Assembly: GCA_002898395.1 (NCBI GenBank)
Contig: BEHE01000002.1
Location: 59,462-123,461, forward strand
Reading direction: 5' to 3'
DNA from: Candidatus Calditenuaceae archaeon HR02
Lineage (GTDB): Archaea > Thermoproteota > Nitrososphaeria_A > Caldarchaeales > Calditenuaceae
Length of the DNA stretch: 64,000 nucleotides
Shown: positions 29,059-38,426 of the stretch, one piece after another
Position numbering within the stretch: position 1 is the first letter of the stretch
How the letters are laid out: each line of letters begins with the position of its first letter
Position numbers and translations under genes: made by a program
The notes under the pieces: generated by a model
Database searches by the model: none
What the model was told of the DNA's origin: nothing
What the model saw: the letters and a program-made list of their open reading frames with translations, nothing else

Positions 29059-29341
29059 CCAAAAACCCACACACTCGTCCACACTTTATATTTTCCTGGA
29101 GCCAGACATGAGTACGGGGGCCGGTGGAACGGCGGCAGAGCACCCTGATAAGCCTCCTTAGTCGATGCTATAAGCCTCAAGCCGGGTTTCTATCGATAAG
29201 CCTGATAGCTTCAAGGATTACCGCCTTTCCCAGCATTGTTAATCGGCATGTCTAAAGAGCGGTTTAGTGCCTTCTAATCCCGTACGATGCCGAGATGAGC
29301 GTTTAAGGTTAAAATATTCATGATGGAGAAGGCATAATGAT

Positions 29342-29443
29342 GGGCCGGTAGTTCAGTGGCAGAAAATATTGGGGGAAGTCTCCAATATCTGCAGCGCCCG
29401 GTTTGCACCCGGGAGGCCGCGGGTTCGAATCCCGCCCGGTCCA
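29342..29443 (+). tRNA. tRNA-Ala(UGC) with a 30-nt intron (29365-29394) at position 24/25
   Basis: GGGCCGG/CCGGTCC acceptor with G3:U70; CCCGG-TTTGCAC-CCGGG; GTTCGAATC. Removing 29365-29394 restores the GTTC/GAAC D stem. Confidence 0.93.
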
Positions 29444-29585
29444 TAGGTAAAATTGGTTTGATTAGGAGTGGAGATGAAGTGGGGGGAGACCTTACCTCGA
29501 ACGCCACCAAGAGCGAGACCATGGGATATATGACTAGAGCTAGACTCCTTAAAAACACGGTAATAGCTGCACATACTTCGCTAAA

Positions 29586-30308
29586 GGCGCTGTCAACCAG
29601 GTATTACACCTTCTCTGGTAGATTGCAGGAGTGAGTTGTGTATCAGAGCTATTGCGCTCACCAACTCTTCTAGGCTCTTCATCGTTTTAGCGTTCACGTT
29701 GTTGTAGAACCTCTTTGTCCTGTCCTTAAGTTCCCTGAACCATCTCTCTATCCTGTTCCTTTTACCGAAGGTCTCATGTACGTATTCAAGTCCAAGCCTC
29801 TTCAATGCCCATGGATACCAAGGACCTCTATCAACTACTATCAAAGGCCTGTTCTCGCATGACTTAAGTACCATCTTGAGGAAGATCAAGGAGTTCAGAA
29901 GGGATCTGCTTCTGGAAACTAGGACTGCGATTATCTCCCCTGAATCCACGTCAATTGCAGACCAAATGAAGCATCTCTGTCCTTTCAAGCTGATCACGGT
30001 CTCGTCCACAGCCACAATCCTCCTGGACTTCCTCGAAGGATTGAACAGCATTGACGTCCTGTGAACCCATTCCCTAACGCTCTCCCTAGAAGCGCTGATC
30101 AAGTTGTACCTCTCAGAGATGTCCCTCAAGCTGAGACCTGCTAGATAGGGGATTACAGCATACGCCTTCTCCAACGGAGAGTAGTTATGGAACCTGAACA
30201 GGGAAGAGATCTTATCCAGCAAGTAATCTAATACGTGCACGGAAAGGGAAGAAGCAAGAAGCAACATAGGCATTTCTGGGAAAAGCTTAAGTAAAAGTTG
30301 ACAGTGCG
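29586..30308 (-). mobile_element. IS6-family insertion sequence
   Basis: Imperfect terminal inverted repeats (TIRs) GGCGCTGTCAAC (29586) and GTTGACAGTGCG (30297-30308) around a DDE transposase. Confidence 0.85.
29593..30273 (-). CDS. IS6-family transposase
   Basis: AVDET, WSAIDVDSGE, VDRGPWY, RNRIERWF; start placed at the ATG inside the TIR. Confidence 0.92.
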   Translation of the reverse strand: MPMLLLASSLSVHVLDYLLDKISSLFRFHNYSPLEKAYAVIPYLAGLSLRDISERYNLISASRESVREWVHRTSMLFNPSRKSRRIVAVDETVISLKGQRCFIWSAIDVDSGEIIAVLVSRSRSLLNSLIFLKMVLKSCENRPLIVVDRGPWYPWALKRLGLEYVHETFGKRNRIERWFRELKDRTKRFYNNVNAKTMKSLEELVSAIALIHNSLLQSTREGVIPG

Positions 30309-30395
30309 CTGAATAACTCTGAAAAGAAAAAAAATACAATAACTAAACACATAACAACATTTACGAAGACTCTCTTATTAATTATTAGTAGGGAA

Positions 30396-31482
30396 TGCCT
30401 TGTGGCTTATTTCATAGGCTTTTCTAGGTTCTTGAGTCTTCTCTCCGGCTTTGTATTGGTGCTTCTGGGTTTTGGAGGCGGTTCTTTATGAAGATTAAGG
30501 CCTATGGCCTACCGTTACTTCCCTCTTCTCAATGACTTCCTGCTGGAAGAGAGTTGATGATAGGCTCATCAGGAGGGGCATACTTATCCTGGACCTGAAG
30601 TTTGTTAGGAGTTATGCAGATGAGCTCAGGGATATGAACGACGGTAGGAGGGGTAGGCCATACAGGATAACGAATAGCTTCATCATATTCCTAGCGGTCT
30701 TTAGGTATGTATTCTCTGTTAGGTTTAGGCAGCTTGAGGGCTTCACTATAGCACTGAGAAAAATGTTCCCAATACTTCCCAGCATAGACTATTCATGGAT
30801 TAGGGGGAGGATAATGAGGCTGGGTATCGATCTAAGCCCCCTAGGCTCCAACGGAGTCTGGAGAGCCTGTAGTCGTAGTCCTGGACTCTACTGGTGTTAA
30901 GGCTTGTAGGGCTGGATCATGGCTTGAGAGGGGGTATGGTAAGAGGAGGAGGTATGTCAAGATACATGTAACTGTAAACGCTAAGACCGGAGAGATAATA
31001 GATATTGAAATGTCTAGGGATGATGTTCATGACTCAGAGATGGTGGATAAGATGATTGAGAGATCCATGAAGGCTGTGGAGATACATGGAGTAATAGCTG
31101 ATGGAGCATACGACTCCATAAAGCTATACAGACATCTAGAAGCTATGGGTATATAGCCTATAATAAGGCCTAGGAAGAACGCTAGGACAGATAGGGGCCT
31201 CCCCCTAGGAGATCAGCAGCCAGAATGATAAGAGACTATGGATTCGACATATGGCGTAGGGTGGTAGGCTATGGCAGGAGATGGATGGCAGAGACAGCAA
31301 TATCAATCTTCAAGTCGATCTTCGGGGAAGAAATCCTCTCCAAGAAGCCCAGATGGATGAAGGTAGAGATGGTACAGAAGGCATACATATACACCCTCCT
31401 ACTGAACACCGCATAAACCTAGGATTTAGAAAGACCAGCAAGAGAAGAGGATATCAAGCTAAAGGAATTAAGCCACAAGGCA
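30396..31482 (+). mobile_element. IS5-family (IS903-like) element, defective
   Basis: 18-bp TIRs with one mismatch: TGCCTTGTGGCTTATTTC (30396-30413) and GAATTAAGCCACAAGGCA (31465-31482). Confidence 0.88.
30532..31416 (+). pseudogene. IS5-family transposase pseudogene
   Basis: LIRRG, GRPY, RQLEGF, LDSTG, KIHV, HDS, ADGAYD, YGRRWMAETAIS; frameshift near 30850 and in-frame TAG near 31155. Confidence 0.9.
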
Positions 31483-31538
31483 GGACTATCAGAATGCTTA
31501 AATGTCAGCTGTTTTAAAAATGCGAGGGGCTTGACAGT

Positions 31539-32387
31539 ATGAGTCTAATTACGAGTGGCTATTTTGCGCCTGTCAGTGTGCGGGAGGTCTTGTCGCTTAA
31601 GCGGAGACTCCGAGATAAAGCACTGATTGTAGCTGGTGGAACAGCAGCGGTACAGTTAATCAGCAAAATGATCGTTGAACCTCAAGCTATAATCTCTCTA
31701 GAGAAAGTCCCGCTCGACTATGTGAAAATGAGGGCTAACAGTGTCGAGATAGGTGCGACAACCCCACTAGCTAGGTTGATTCATAGAAAAGACCTTCCAG
31801 ACGCGTTGAAAAAGGCTGTAGAAAGTATTCACGGCCTAGCACTCAAAGACATGGCTACAGTTGGCGGCAACATATTTACACCAGCTCCAGCAGGCGATAT
31901 TGCAACAGCCCTCCTGTCCCTAGATGCAGTACTTATTCTGAGAGGAGCTAGGGGTACGAGAAGCGTGCAACTGTCTAAGTTCTACAGAGGTCCCTTACAA
32001 TTCAACATAAAGCCAGATGAGATACTGACAGCGGTCAGGGTTAACAGGCCGCCGAGAATGTCTGCATTCTTAAAGCAGACTCCTTGGAAGTATAGCGGGC
32101 CAACAATTGCGTCTGTCGCCGTAGGCTTAGATTTGGACAAAAATGGTAAGACGCGTAGAGCAATGGTGGCACTGGGGGGCCTGACCACCCACCCATACCG
32201 CGCTAAAAAAGTTGAAAAAATGATTACAGGTAAAAAGTTGTCCGAACAGCTTATCGAAGGAGCGGCTCAGCATTTAACAGATGGTGTAGAGGTCATCGAT
32301 GATGCTCTCGCATCTTCCTGGTACAGGATGCGGGTTGCTGAGGTCCTTTTCAAAAGGATTTTATACAACATCACCGCTGGAGGGTGA
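31539..32387 (+). CDS. Molybdenum hydroxylase FAD subunit (CoxM/NdhF-like)
   Basis: AGGT, IGATT, ATVGGN, PAGD. Confidence 0.93.
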   Translation: MSLITSGYFAPVSVREVLSLKRRLRDKALIVAGGTAAVQLISKMIVEPQAIISLEKVPLDYVKMRANSVEIGATTPLARLIHRKDLPDALKKAVESIHGLALKDMATVGGNIFTPAPAGDIATALLSLDAVLILRGARGTRSVQLSKFYRGPLQFNIKPDEILTAVRVNRPPRMSAFLKQTPWKYSGPTIASVAVGLDLDKNGKTRRAMVALGGLTTHPYRAKKVEKMITGKKLSEQLIEGAAQHLTDGVEVIDDALASSWYRMRVAEVLFKRILYNITAGG

Positions 32388-32849
32388 TTGAGAATGAGGA
32401 TAAGATTTAGACTTGATGGTCAATCCGTCGAAGTAGACGTAAAGCATACAGAAACTCTTTTGAGGGTGTTGAAGGACAGGTTAGGCGTAGGTTCTGTTCA
32501 TTTTGGATGCGGAGAGGGGTCGTGCGGTGCTTGTATTGTCTTGATAGACGGCAGGCCCAGGTATTCATGCCTAACACTTGCGGGTTATGTTGACGGAAAG
32601 GAGGTCTCAACAGTTGCTGCTCTTGCGCGAGATGGCGAATTGACCGAGATACAGAAAGCATTTGTCGAGAATAACGCGGCCCAGTGTGGATATTGTACAC
32701 CCGGAATGATCCTGATCGTCAGGGCACTTCTTGAAAAGAACCCATCCCCTTCTGACGAGGAATTGTTTGATGCATTGGCAGGCAATCTTTGCAGATGTAC
32801 CGGCTATGTTCCAATCATAAATGCCATTAGGTCCGTAATTAAGAGGTGA
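32388..32849 (+). CDS. Molybdenum hydroxylase 2x[2Fe-2S] subunit (CoxS/NdhS-like)
   Basis: GCGEGSCGAC...SC; QCGYCTPG; GNLCRCTGY. Confidence 0.96.
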   Translation: MRMRIRFRLDGQSVEVDVKHTETLLRVLKDRLGVGSVHFGCGEGSCGACIVLIDGRPRYSCLTLAGYVDGKEVSTVAALARDGELTEIQKAFVENNAAQCGYCTPGMILIVRALLEKNPSPSDEELFDALAGNLCRCTGYVPIINAIRSVIKR

Positions 32850-32855
32850 AGGGGC

Positions 32856-34214
32856 TTGTCGGAGCAGTTTTCTATAGTTGGTAAACCCATCATGAATGCC
32901 CAGTTGTTGGGCCACGTGACTGGCTCAACCCAGTATGTCGACGAGATATCATTCCCCGGAATGCTGTGGATGAAAGCTGTCCGCAGCCCTGTGCCGCGAG
33001 GAAAGATTAGGAGGATTGACACCTCGAAGGCTGAAAAACTGCCTGGCGTGGTGCGGATCATAACCGCGAAAGACGTGCCTAACAACATACATGTCAACAT
33101 GGCTGCGATCGGGATTGGGCCGCCCGACGAGCCCGTCCTACCCGAGGATGAGGTCAACTATAAGGGAGAGGCGATATGCCTCGTAGTTGCTAAAGACGAG
33201 GAGACGGCCGCTAAGGCCGCTGAGATGGTTGAAGTTGAGATAGAGGAGCTCCCCCCTGTCCTCGACATGGAGGAGGCCTTGAAGCCGAGTGCGCCGGTCA
33301 TCAAGAAATGGGGCATGAACGCCTTTATCTTTGGTTCAGGAATGGATGGAGCTACGAGGCCCGGTAGACCTGGCAGGCCCTTATTCCTAGTGAAGAGAGG
33401 TGAGGTGGAGATAGCCTTGAAACAGGCGGACTATGTGGTTGAGGGCAGCTACCTAATCCCTCCCATAGAGCATGCCCCGATTGAGCCGCATGTATGCGTG
33501 GCCAAGCCCGAGCCTGGGCAGAGACTCACAATTTACACTACAACGCAGGCGCCTTATTTTGTGAGGGACAACGTCGCTACAATCCTCAACATTCCGCCCT
33601 CTAACATTAGGGTTGTCGCCCCGGCCGTCGGCGGGGGGTTCGGAGGAAAGGTGGACCCAGAATTTGAGATGCAGGTCGCCGTCGCCGCCATGTGTGTTGG
33701 GAGACCAGTTAAATGGAGATGGACTAGGGAGGAGGAGTTCACAATATCTACTACGCGACCAGCTGTAAAGATAGAGTTCCAAGATGCTCTCTCTAAAGAT
33801 GGCTTAATACTTGGAAGAAAGGCGAGACTACTCCACGACTCAGGCGCATATACAAGGACATCGCCTTACGGAGTAATAAAAGCGACCGTCAACCTCTCAG
33901 GTCCCTACTACATACCCAATGTACATTACGAGGGTTATTGCGTATATACCAATAGGCAGCCCTCAAGTGCTATGAGAGGGTACGGAGTCTTCGAGTTTTC
34001 TTATGCTGTTGAGTTACAGATGGAGAGGGATGCTAAGAAGCTTGGTATTGATTCGTGGGAGTTCAGGTTTAAGAACGCCTACAGGAACGGACAAGTCTCC
34101 GCTACGGGAAAGCTGATAGACGATGCATATCTCATCGAGGTTATGAAGGAGGCGGTCGCGCTTGCTGGGGTTAGTCTGCCTAATCATTTGCTTCAGATGA
34201 GCTCGTGGGGGTGA
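32856..34214 (+). CDS. Molybdenum hydroxylase Mo subunit, N-terminal part (NdhL-like)
   Basis: HAPIEPH, TTQAP, VGGGFGGK, DSGAY, AMRGYG. Confidence 0.93.
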   Translation: MSEQFSIVGKPIMNAQLLGHVTGSTQYVDEISFPGMLWMKAVRSPVPRGKIRRIDTSKAEKLPGVVRIITAKDVPNNIHVNMAAIGIGPPDEPVLPEDEVNYKGEAICLVVAKDEETAAKAAEMVEVEIEELPPVLDMEEALKPSAPVIKKWGMNAFIFGSGMDGATRPGRPGRPLFLVKRGEVEIALKQADYVVEGSYLIPPIEHAPIEPHVCVAKPEPGQRLTIYTTTQAPYFVRDNVATILNIPPSNIRVVAPAVGGGFGGKVDPEFEMQVAVAAMCVGRPVKWRWTREEEFTISTTRPAVKIEFQDALSKDGLILGRKARLLHDSGAYTRTSPYGVIKATVNLSGPYYIPNVHYEGYCVYTNRQPSSAMRGYGVFEFSYAVELQMERDAKKLGIDSWEFRFKNAYRNGQVSATGKLIDDAYLIEVMKEAVALAGVSLPNHLLQMSSWG

Positions 34215-34220
34215 GAGGGT

Positions 34221-35225
34221 GTGGCGAAGCTTAGAGGTCGCGGCATTGCCGCAATTTGCTATCCAACAGGTATGAATCTAGGTGGAGACCCCAGCCAGAC
34301 AGTTATAATAGCTCAGCCTGACGGAACTTTCGTGGTAAATGTGGCTAGTGTTGAACTAGGTCAAGGTTTGAGGACTGTGCTAGCGCAGATCGCGGCTGAG
34401 GCTATAGGTGCCTCCATTGAAGACATTGAGGTTAGATTTGGGGACACACAATTGGCACCACATGATACAGGCACATTTGCGAGTAGAACAACCCACAGGA
34501 TGGGGAACGCGATCATAAAGGCTGGACAGGAAGTAAGGCAGATACTGTTAGATGTAGCATCTAAGATACTGGAGGTCTCCCCCCAAGACCTAGAGATTAG
34601 GAATGGGAAGATATGGGTTAGAGGTGTTCCTGATAAGTTTATATCGGTAAGGGAGGTAGCTAGCCAGGCACAGTTCGTCTACAACATTCCAGTGGTAGGA
34701 AAGGGTCACTACGTCAAGCCCAAAAGCATTGTAGACCCTGAAACTGGTGAGTCTGACCCACATTCAACAATGGCGCACGGCTGTGTGGTAGCCGATGTAG
34801 AGGTCGACACTGAGACTGGTGAGGTAACCGTTCTCCGGCTATTTACAGTCTACGAGGTTGGCAGGGCAGTTAATCCAAAACTCGTCGAGGGCCAGATAAT
34901 AGGCGGCGCGGTGATGGGTCTTGGAGCTGCATTGAGAGAGACAGTCTATCCCCGCTACCCACAGATAATACACCAAACCACGAGTTTTCGCGAATACGTC
35001 TTACCTACAGCGGGCGACGTTCCAAAGATTATCTACAAGATAGTTGAGTCACCCACACCGACAGGACCATACGGTGCTAAAGGTGTCGGCGAGATGGTAG
35101 CAAACGGCATAGCACCCGCGATAGTTAATGCGGTTTACGATGCAATTGGTGTACAGATAACCGAGCTACCTATAACCCCTGAGAAAGTGTTAAAGGCCTT
35201 AAGTGAAAAGGGGAAATCAAAATGA
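34221..35225 (+). CDS. Molybdenum hydroxylase Mo subunit, C-terminal part (NdhM-like)
   Basis: RGRGIA, ELGQG..T..AQIAAE, GTFASR, GQIIGG..MGLG, GPYGAKGVGE (catalytic Glu). Confidence 0.93.
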   Translation: MAKLRGRGIAAICYPTGMNLGGDPSQTVIIAQPDGTFVVNVASVELGQGLRTVLAQIAAEAIGASIEDIEVRFGDTQLAPHDTGTFASRTTHRMGNAIIKAGQEVRQILLDVASKILEVSPQDLEIRNGKIWVRGVPDKFISVREVASQAQFVYNIPVVGKGHYVKPKSIVDPETGESDPHSTMAHGCVVADVEVDTETGEVTVLRLFTVYEVGRAVNPKLVEGQIIGGAVMGLGAALRETVYPRYPQIIHQTTSFREYVLPTAGDVPKIIYKIVESPTPTGPYGAKGVGEMVANGIAPAIVNAVYDAIGVQITELPITPEKVLKALSEKGKSK

Positions 35226-35276
35226 AGAGCTTCAAATATAACGCTTATATATCATCTCCATATTTTCTACCTCGCC

Positions 35277-36089
35277 ATGCCAGAAATTAAGATACAGTAT
35301 ATCGGACACGCATCTTTTTATATTGAATGGAAAGATGAGAAGATCTATCTCGACCCTTGGCTGAAGTCTCCTGGAATCGCGGGTGGGTGGACCAACCCTG
35401 TGAGCCCTGTTGCTCTTGATGATGTAAAAGAGGCCACTGTGGTTCTCGTGACACACGGCCACATAGACCATATTGGACACGCTATCGAGATCGTGAAGAA
35501 GACCGGTGCATGCCTGATATGTAGCCCAGAGGTTGGAATGTATGCAGACATACACGGAATACCCTACGACTCTGATCCAGACCCAAAGGCAGGGCGGAAT
35601 TACTGGATGTATCCGCTTAACGTGGGAGGAAGCTGCAACATCAGGGGAGTCACATACACGATGGTCCCTGCATTCCACTCAAGCAGCATCATGCACTACG
35701 ACTATGTAAAAAACAAGACTAGGTATCCGGACGGCGCGGTAGGGTATGTGATATCTTTCCCTGACGGGCCTGTGATCTATGCCTCGGGAGACACGGGCGT
35801 CTCTATGGAGATGCACATGATTCAAGAGCTATACGGTCCCGAAATATGCATAATGACAGCGGGGGGCCAGTATAATATGGGCGTTAGGGAGTTCGCGTAT
35901 GCGTGCAAGATATTGAAGCCTAAGATAGCCATACCCTGCCACTACGATACTTTCCCGCGGCAGAGACTAGATAAAGAGAAACTAAGACAGGCTGTATCTG
36001 TCATGTCACCATCTACAAATCTTGTTTTTCTTAATCCAGGCGAGAGTTTAAGATATGTAACGGAATCGACCTGGTTTGTGGAGAGGTGA
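35277..36089 (+). CDS. Metallo-beta-lactamase-fold hydrolase (UPF0173/UlaG-like)
   Basis: IGHASF, DPWL, THGHIDH, AFHSS, SGDTG, IPCHYDTFP. Confidence 0.92.
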   Translation: MPEIKIQYIGHASFYIEWKDEKIYLDPWLKSPGIAGGWTNPVSPVALDDVKEATVVLVTHGHIDHIGHAIEIVKKTGACLICSPEVGMYADIHGIPYDSDPDPKAGRNYWMYPLNVGGSCNIRGVTYTMVPAFHSSSIMHYDYVKNKTRYPDGAVGYVISFPDGPVIYASGDTGVSMEMHMIQELYGPEICIMTAGGQYNMGVREFAYACKILKPKIAIPCHYDTFPRQRLDKEKLRQAVSVMSPSTNLVFLNPGESLRYVTESTWFVER

Positions 36090-36496
36090 TCTTGGTGGAT
36101 CTGGACCTGCTCTATGAGTTGGAAGCTAAGGTCATTAGGACTGTTGAGATTGGTGGCGGAGCTACAGGGGGTAGAACCGACTTCTACATGCAAGGGAAGG
36201 TCTCGGGGAAAATAAATGGCTCGTATGAAGGAGTAGACTACGGATCAACGGTTAAGACGGAACGTGGTGACGCTGTCTATGTCCATGTACACGAGACAAT
36301 AAAGACAGATAAGGGGATAATCTCGGCATTTAGGCGTGGATATGCCATCCCCTCTGGCCAGGGGTATAATGTGAGAGCGTTTGTTCTTTTCCAGACAGGG
36401 GTGCCTGAGCTCAGATATCTGAACTGGACTTTGGGTTTGGCTGAGGGCGTAGCTGGCCCTGATGGTCTTAAACTCAAGATATATGCAGTTAGGTAG
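36086..36496 (+). CDS. Hypothetical beta-barrel protein (DUF3237-like)
   Basis: GKVSGKINGS..GVDY, IKTDKG, FQTG.PEL.YLN pattern. Confidence 0.6.
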   Translation: MILVDLDLLYELEAKVIRTVEIGGGATGGRTDFYMQGKVSGKINGSYEGVDYGSTVKTERGDAVYVHVHETIKTDKGIISAFRRGYAIPSGQGYNVRAFVLFQTGVPELRYLNWTLGLAEGVAGPDGLKLKIYAVR

Positions 36497-37052
36497 AGAA
36501 GGTTCTTTTTCTTCTAAGCCCCTCAAATGTTATTTTCCTTAATCGTTTACCTTCTAGGATGACTATCGAAGAGCGGAAGGACAGGCCATACTCTCGAGCA
36601 GCCCTTAAAGGCCCGTATTCACCTAACTTGTAGCCATAGTTAATCAAGGCATCATATGCTTTGCGCTTAAAGCCGCGGAGGTAAGGGCCTATGACTTTTA
36701 ACAGTATCACAGCCCTCAGCCCTAAGACGTAAATTACTATCCACGACCCCCTCCTTAACACCCATGCATCACCAACCTGCCTGACAACAAAAGAAGCTGT
36801 ATCCTCATCACAGCGCATCGTGGCAAACGGAGTATAGAGCATCGGGCTTTCTGAGACCTGTAAGTATCCTAACTCGCCTGAAGCTTGGAGTAGCCCTGCT
36901 ATGAAGCTACTCACCACGGGGCTTAGAAGCTGTCTATTAGGCGGCTTCCTCTCAAGCTCGCAAAGCACAGTTGAAAAATCGTCAACGACCCAATCCTTCC
37001 CTGGCTCACAAAACACACGCCACCAAGGCGGGACAAGACCTGGCGCAACCAT
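36489..37052 (-). CDS. Hypothetical protein with a degenerate LAGLIDADG-like domain
   Basis: FIAGLLQASG helix followed by W...V.GLRAVILLKVIGPYLRGFKR. Confidence 0.6.
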   Translation of the reverse strand: MVAPGLVPPWWRVFCEPGKDWVVDDFSTVLCELERKPPNRQLLSPVVSSFIAGLLQASGELGYLQVSESPMLYTPFATMRCDEDTASFVVRQVGDAWVLRRGSWIVIYVLGLRAVILLKVIGPYLRGFKRKAYDALINYGYKLGEYGPLRAAREYGLSFRSSIVILEGKRLRKITFEGLRRKRTFST

Positions 37053-37053
37053 C

Positions 37054-38148
37054 CTAAATAATTACCATCTCAGTCTCAGCGTCTATTACATGAATATGTT
37101 CCTTATTGAAAACAGCATAAACCTGCATACCCTCTCTAACATTTAGACCCGCATCACAGAGACATTTAAATGACGCTGAGCCACTCTTTAACTCTACAAG
37201 AAGCACCGTGCCGAGCGACTCTATATAATTTACATAGCATGGGATCGAGTCGCTCACCGGTGCAGTTGAGATGCTAATGTCATGAGGCCTCACACCTAGC
37301 TGGATATTTTCTAGCTTGTCTTGCCGTGACTGTAACGCGAATTTAGCCGCCTCTCCTAATTCTATATGCGAGTCACCCACAGAAGCGTAGAGCTTACTCT
37401 CCACTAGCTTAAGCTTTGTATCGATGAAGTTGATGGTGGGCGAGCCTATGAAATAGGCGACAAACTTGTTGACTGGGTGGTAGTAGATCTCGTCGGGAGA
37501 CCCCACCTGCTGGAGTCGTCCGTCACGAAGTATACCGATCCTATCCGCTATAGCCATGGCCTCCAACTGGTCGTGAGTGACGTAGATAAAGGTGCCTCCG
37601 ACCTCCCTGTGTATGCGCTGGAACTCTGATCTAAGTGACTCTCTTAGCTTAGTGTCAAGGTTGCTGAGGGGTTCATCGAATATGAATACCCGCGCATTTC
37701 TCACTATAGCTTTAGCTATAGACACGCGTTGCAGTATTCCAAAGTCAATCTCATGGTGCCTCTTATTTAGATGCTCTTCTATGCGGAGAAGCGAGGCAGC
37801 CCACCTAACCCTCTCACGCTCGTCCTGCTTGCTCTTGACCTCGCGCCTGATGGCTAGGGCTATGTTGTCGTATACGTTTAGGCTTGGGTATATTGAAGGG
37901 AACTGGAAAACCATCGCTATATTCCTCTCAGACGGTGATAAATCAGTGACATCTTCGTCGTCAAAGAATACCGAGCCACTCGTAGGGGTCTCCAGGCCAG
38001 CTATTATCCTCATCAGGGTTGTCTTACCCGACCCGCTAGGTCCCAGAAGACAGAAGAATAATCCGTGGTCTACCGTTACCGAAACATTGTCCAATGCTTT
38101 TAAAGTCTTGAAAATCTTTGTTATATTCTCAGCGCGTACCTTCACCAA
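37054..38148 (-). CDS. CUT1 ABC transporter ATPase (MalK-like; degenerate signature motif)
   Basis: GPSGSGKTT, IDFGILQRV in place of LSGGQ, DEPLSNLD, YVTHDQ, C-terminal OB domain. Confidence 0.92.
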   Translation of the reverse strand: MVKVRAENITKIFKTLKALDNVSVTVDHGLFFCLLGPSGSGKTTLMRIIAGLETPTSGSVFFDDEDVTDLSPSERNIAMVFQFPSIYPSLNVYDNIALAIRREVKSKQDERERVRWAASLLRIEEHLNKRHHEIDFGILQRVSIAKAIVRNARVFIFDEPLSNLDTKLRESLRSEFQRIHREVGGTFIYVTHDQLEAMAIADRIGILRDGRLQQVGSPDEIYYHPVNKFVAYFIGSPTINFIDTKLKLVESKLYASVGDSHIELGEAAKFALQSRQDKLENIQLGVRPHDISISTAPVSDSIPCYVNYIESLGTVLLVELKSGSASFKCLCDAGLNVREGMQVYAVFNKEHIHVIDAETEMVII

Positions 38149-38153
38149 GTCTC

Positions 38154-38426
38154 CTACACCACCAGGAGGGGTACAAGATAAATTGATAGCATGACAAAGA
38201 ATACAACAACGCCCACGAGCGTCACAAGCCATCTTATCATTGTTTTTGGACCTACATCGCCACCTGGATTGTTCGGCAAGTACGTGGAGTAGACATATGT
38301 AAAGCCCCCAACCCCTAGCAGGATAAAACCATAATATAGTAGCTGGCTGCTAAAAGGCTGGAATACAAGTGCGAGACCGATGAATGATAGGGTAAGCCCA
38401 ACTTTTTCTAGCAAATTCTTCTTCAT
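38154..38426 (-). CDS. Small 3-TM membrane protein within the ABC operon
   Basis: 90-aa hydrophobic ORF abutting both ATPase genes. Confidence 0.75.
   Translation of the reverse strand: MKKNLLEKVGLTLSFIGLALVFQPFSSQLLYYGFILLGVGGFTYVYSTYLPNNPGGDVGPKTMIRWLVTLVGVVVFFVMLSIYLVPLLVV

Noticed and set aside
29170-29235. RNase P RNA (AGAAACCCGGCTT on the minus strand)
   Set aside because: The partner GAGGAAAGTCC-like conserved region is absent.
29274-29634. Short ORFs overlapping tRNA-Ala
   Set aside because: Spurious frames over the tRNA gene.
32856-35225. Aerobic CO dehydrogenase CoxL, or a broken single gene
   Set aside because: Lacks AYxCSFR/AYRGAGR. The split has a clean stop, a purine-rich spacer and a start at the NdhL/NdhM-type boundary.
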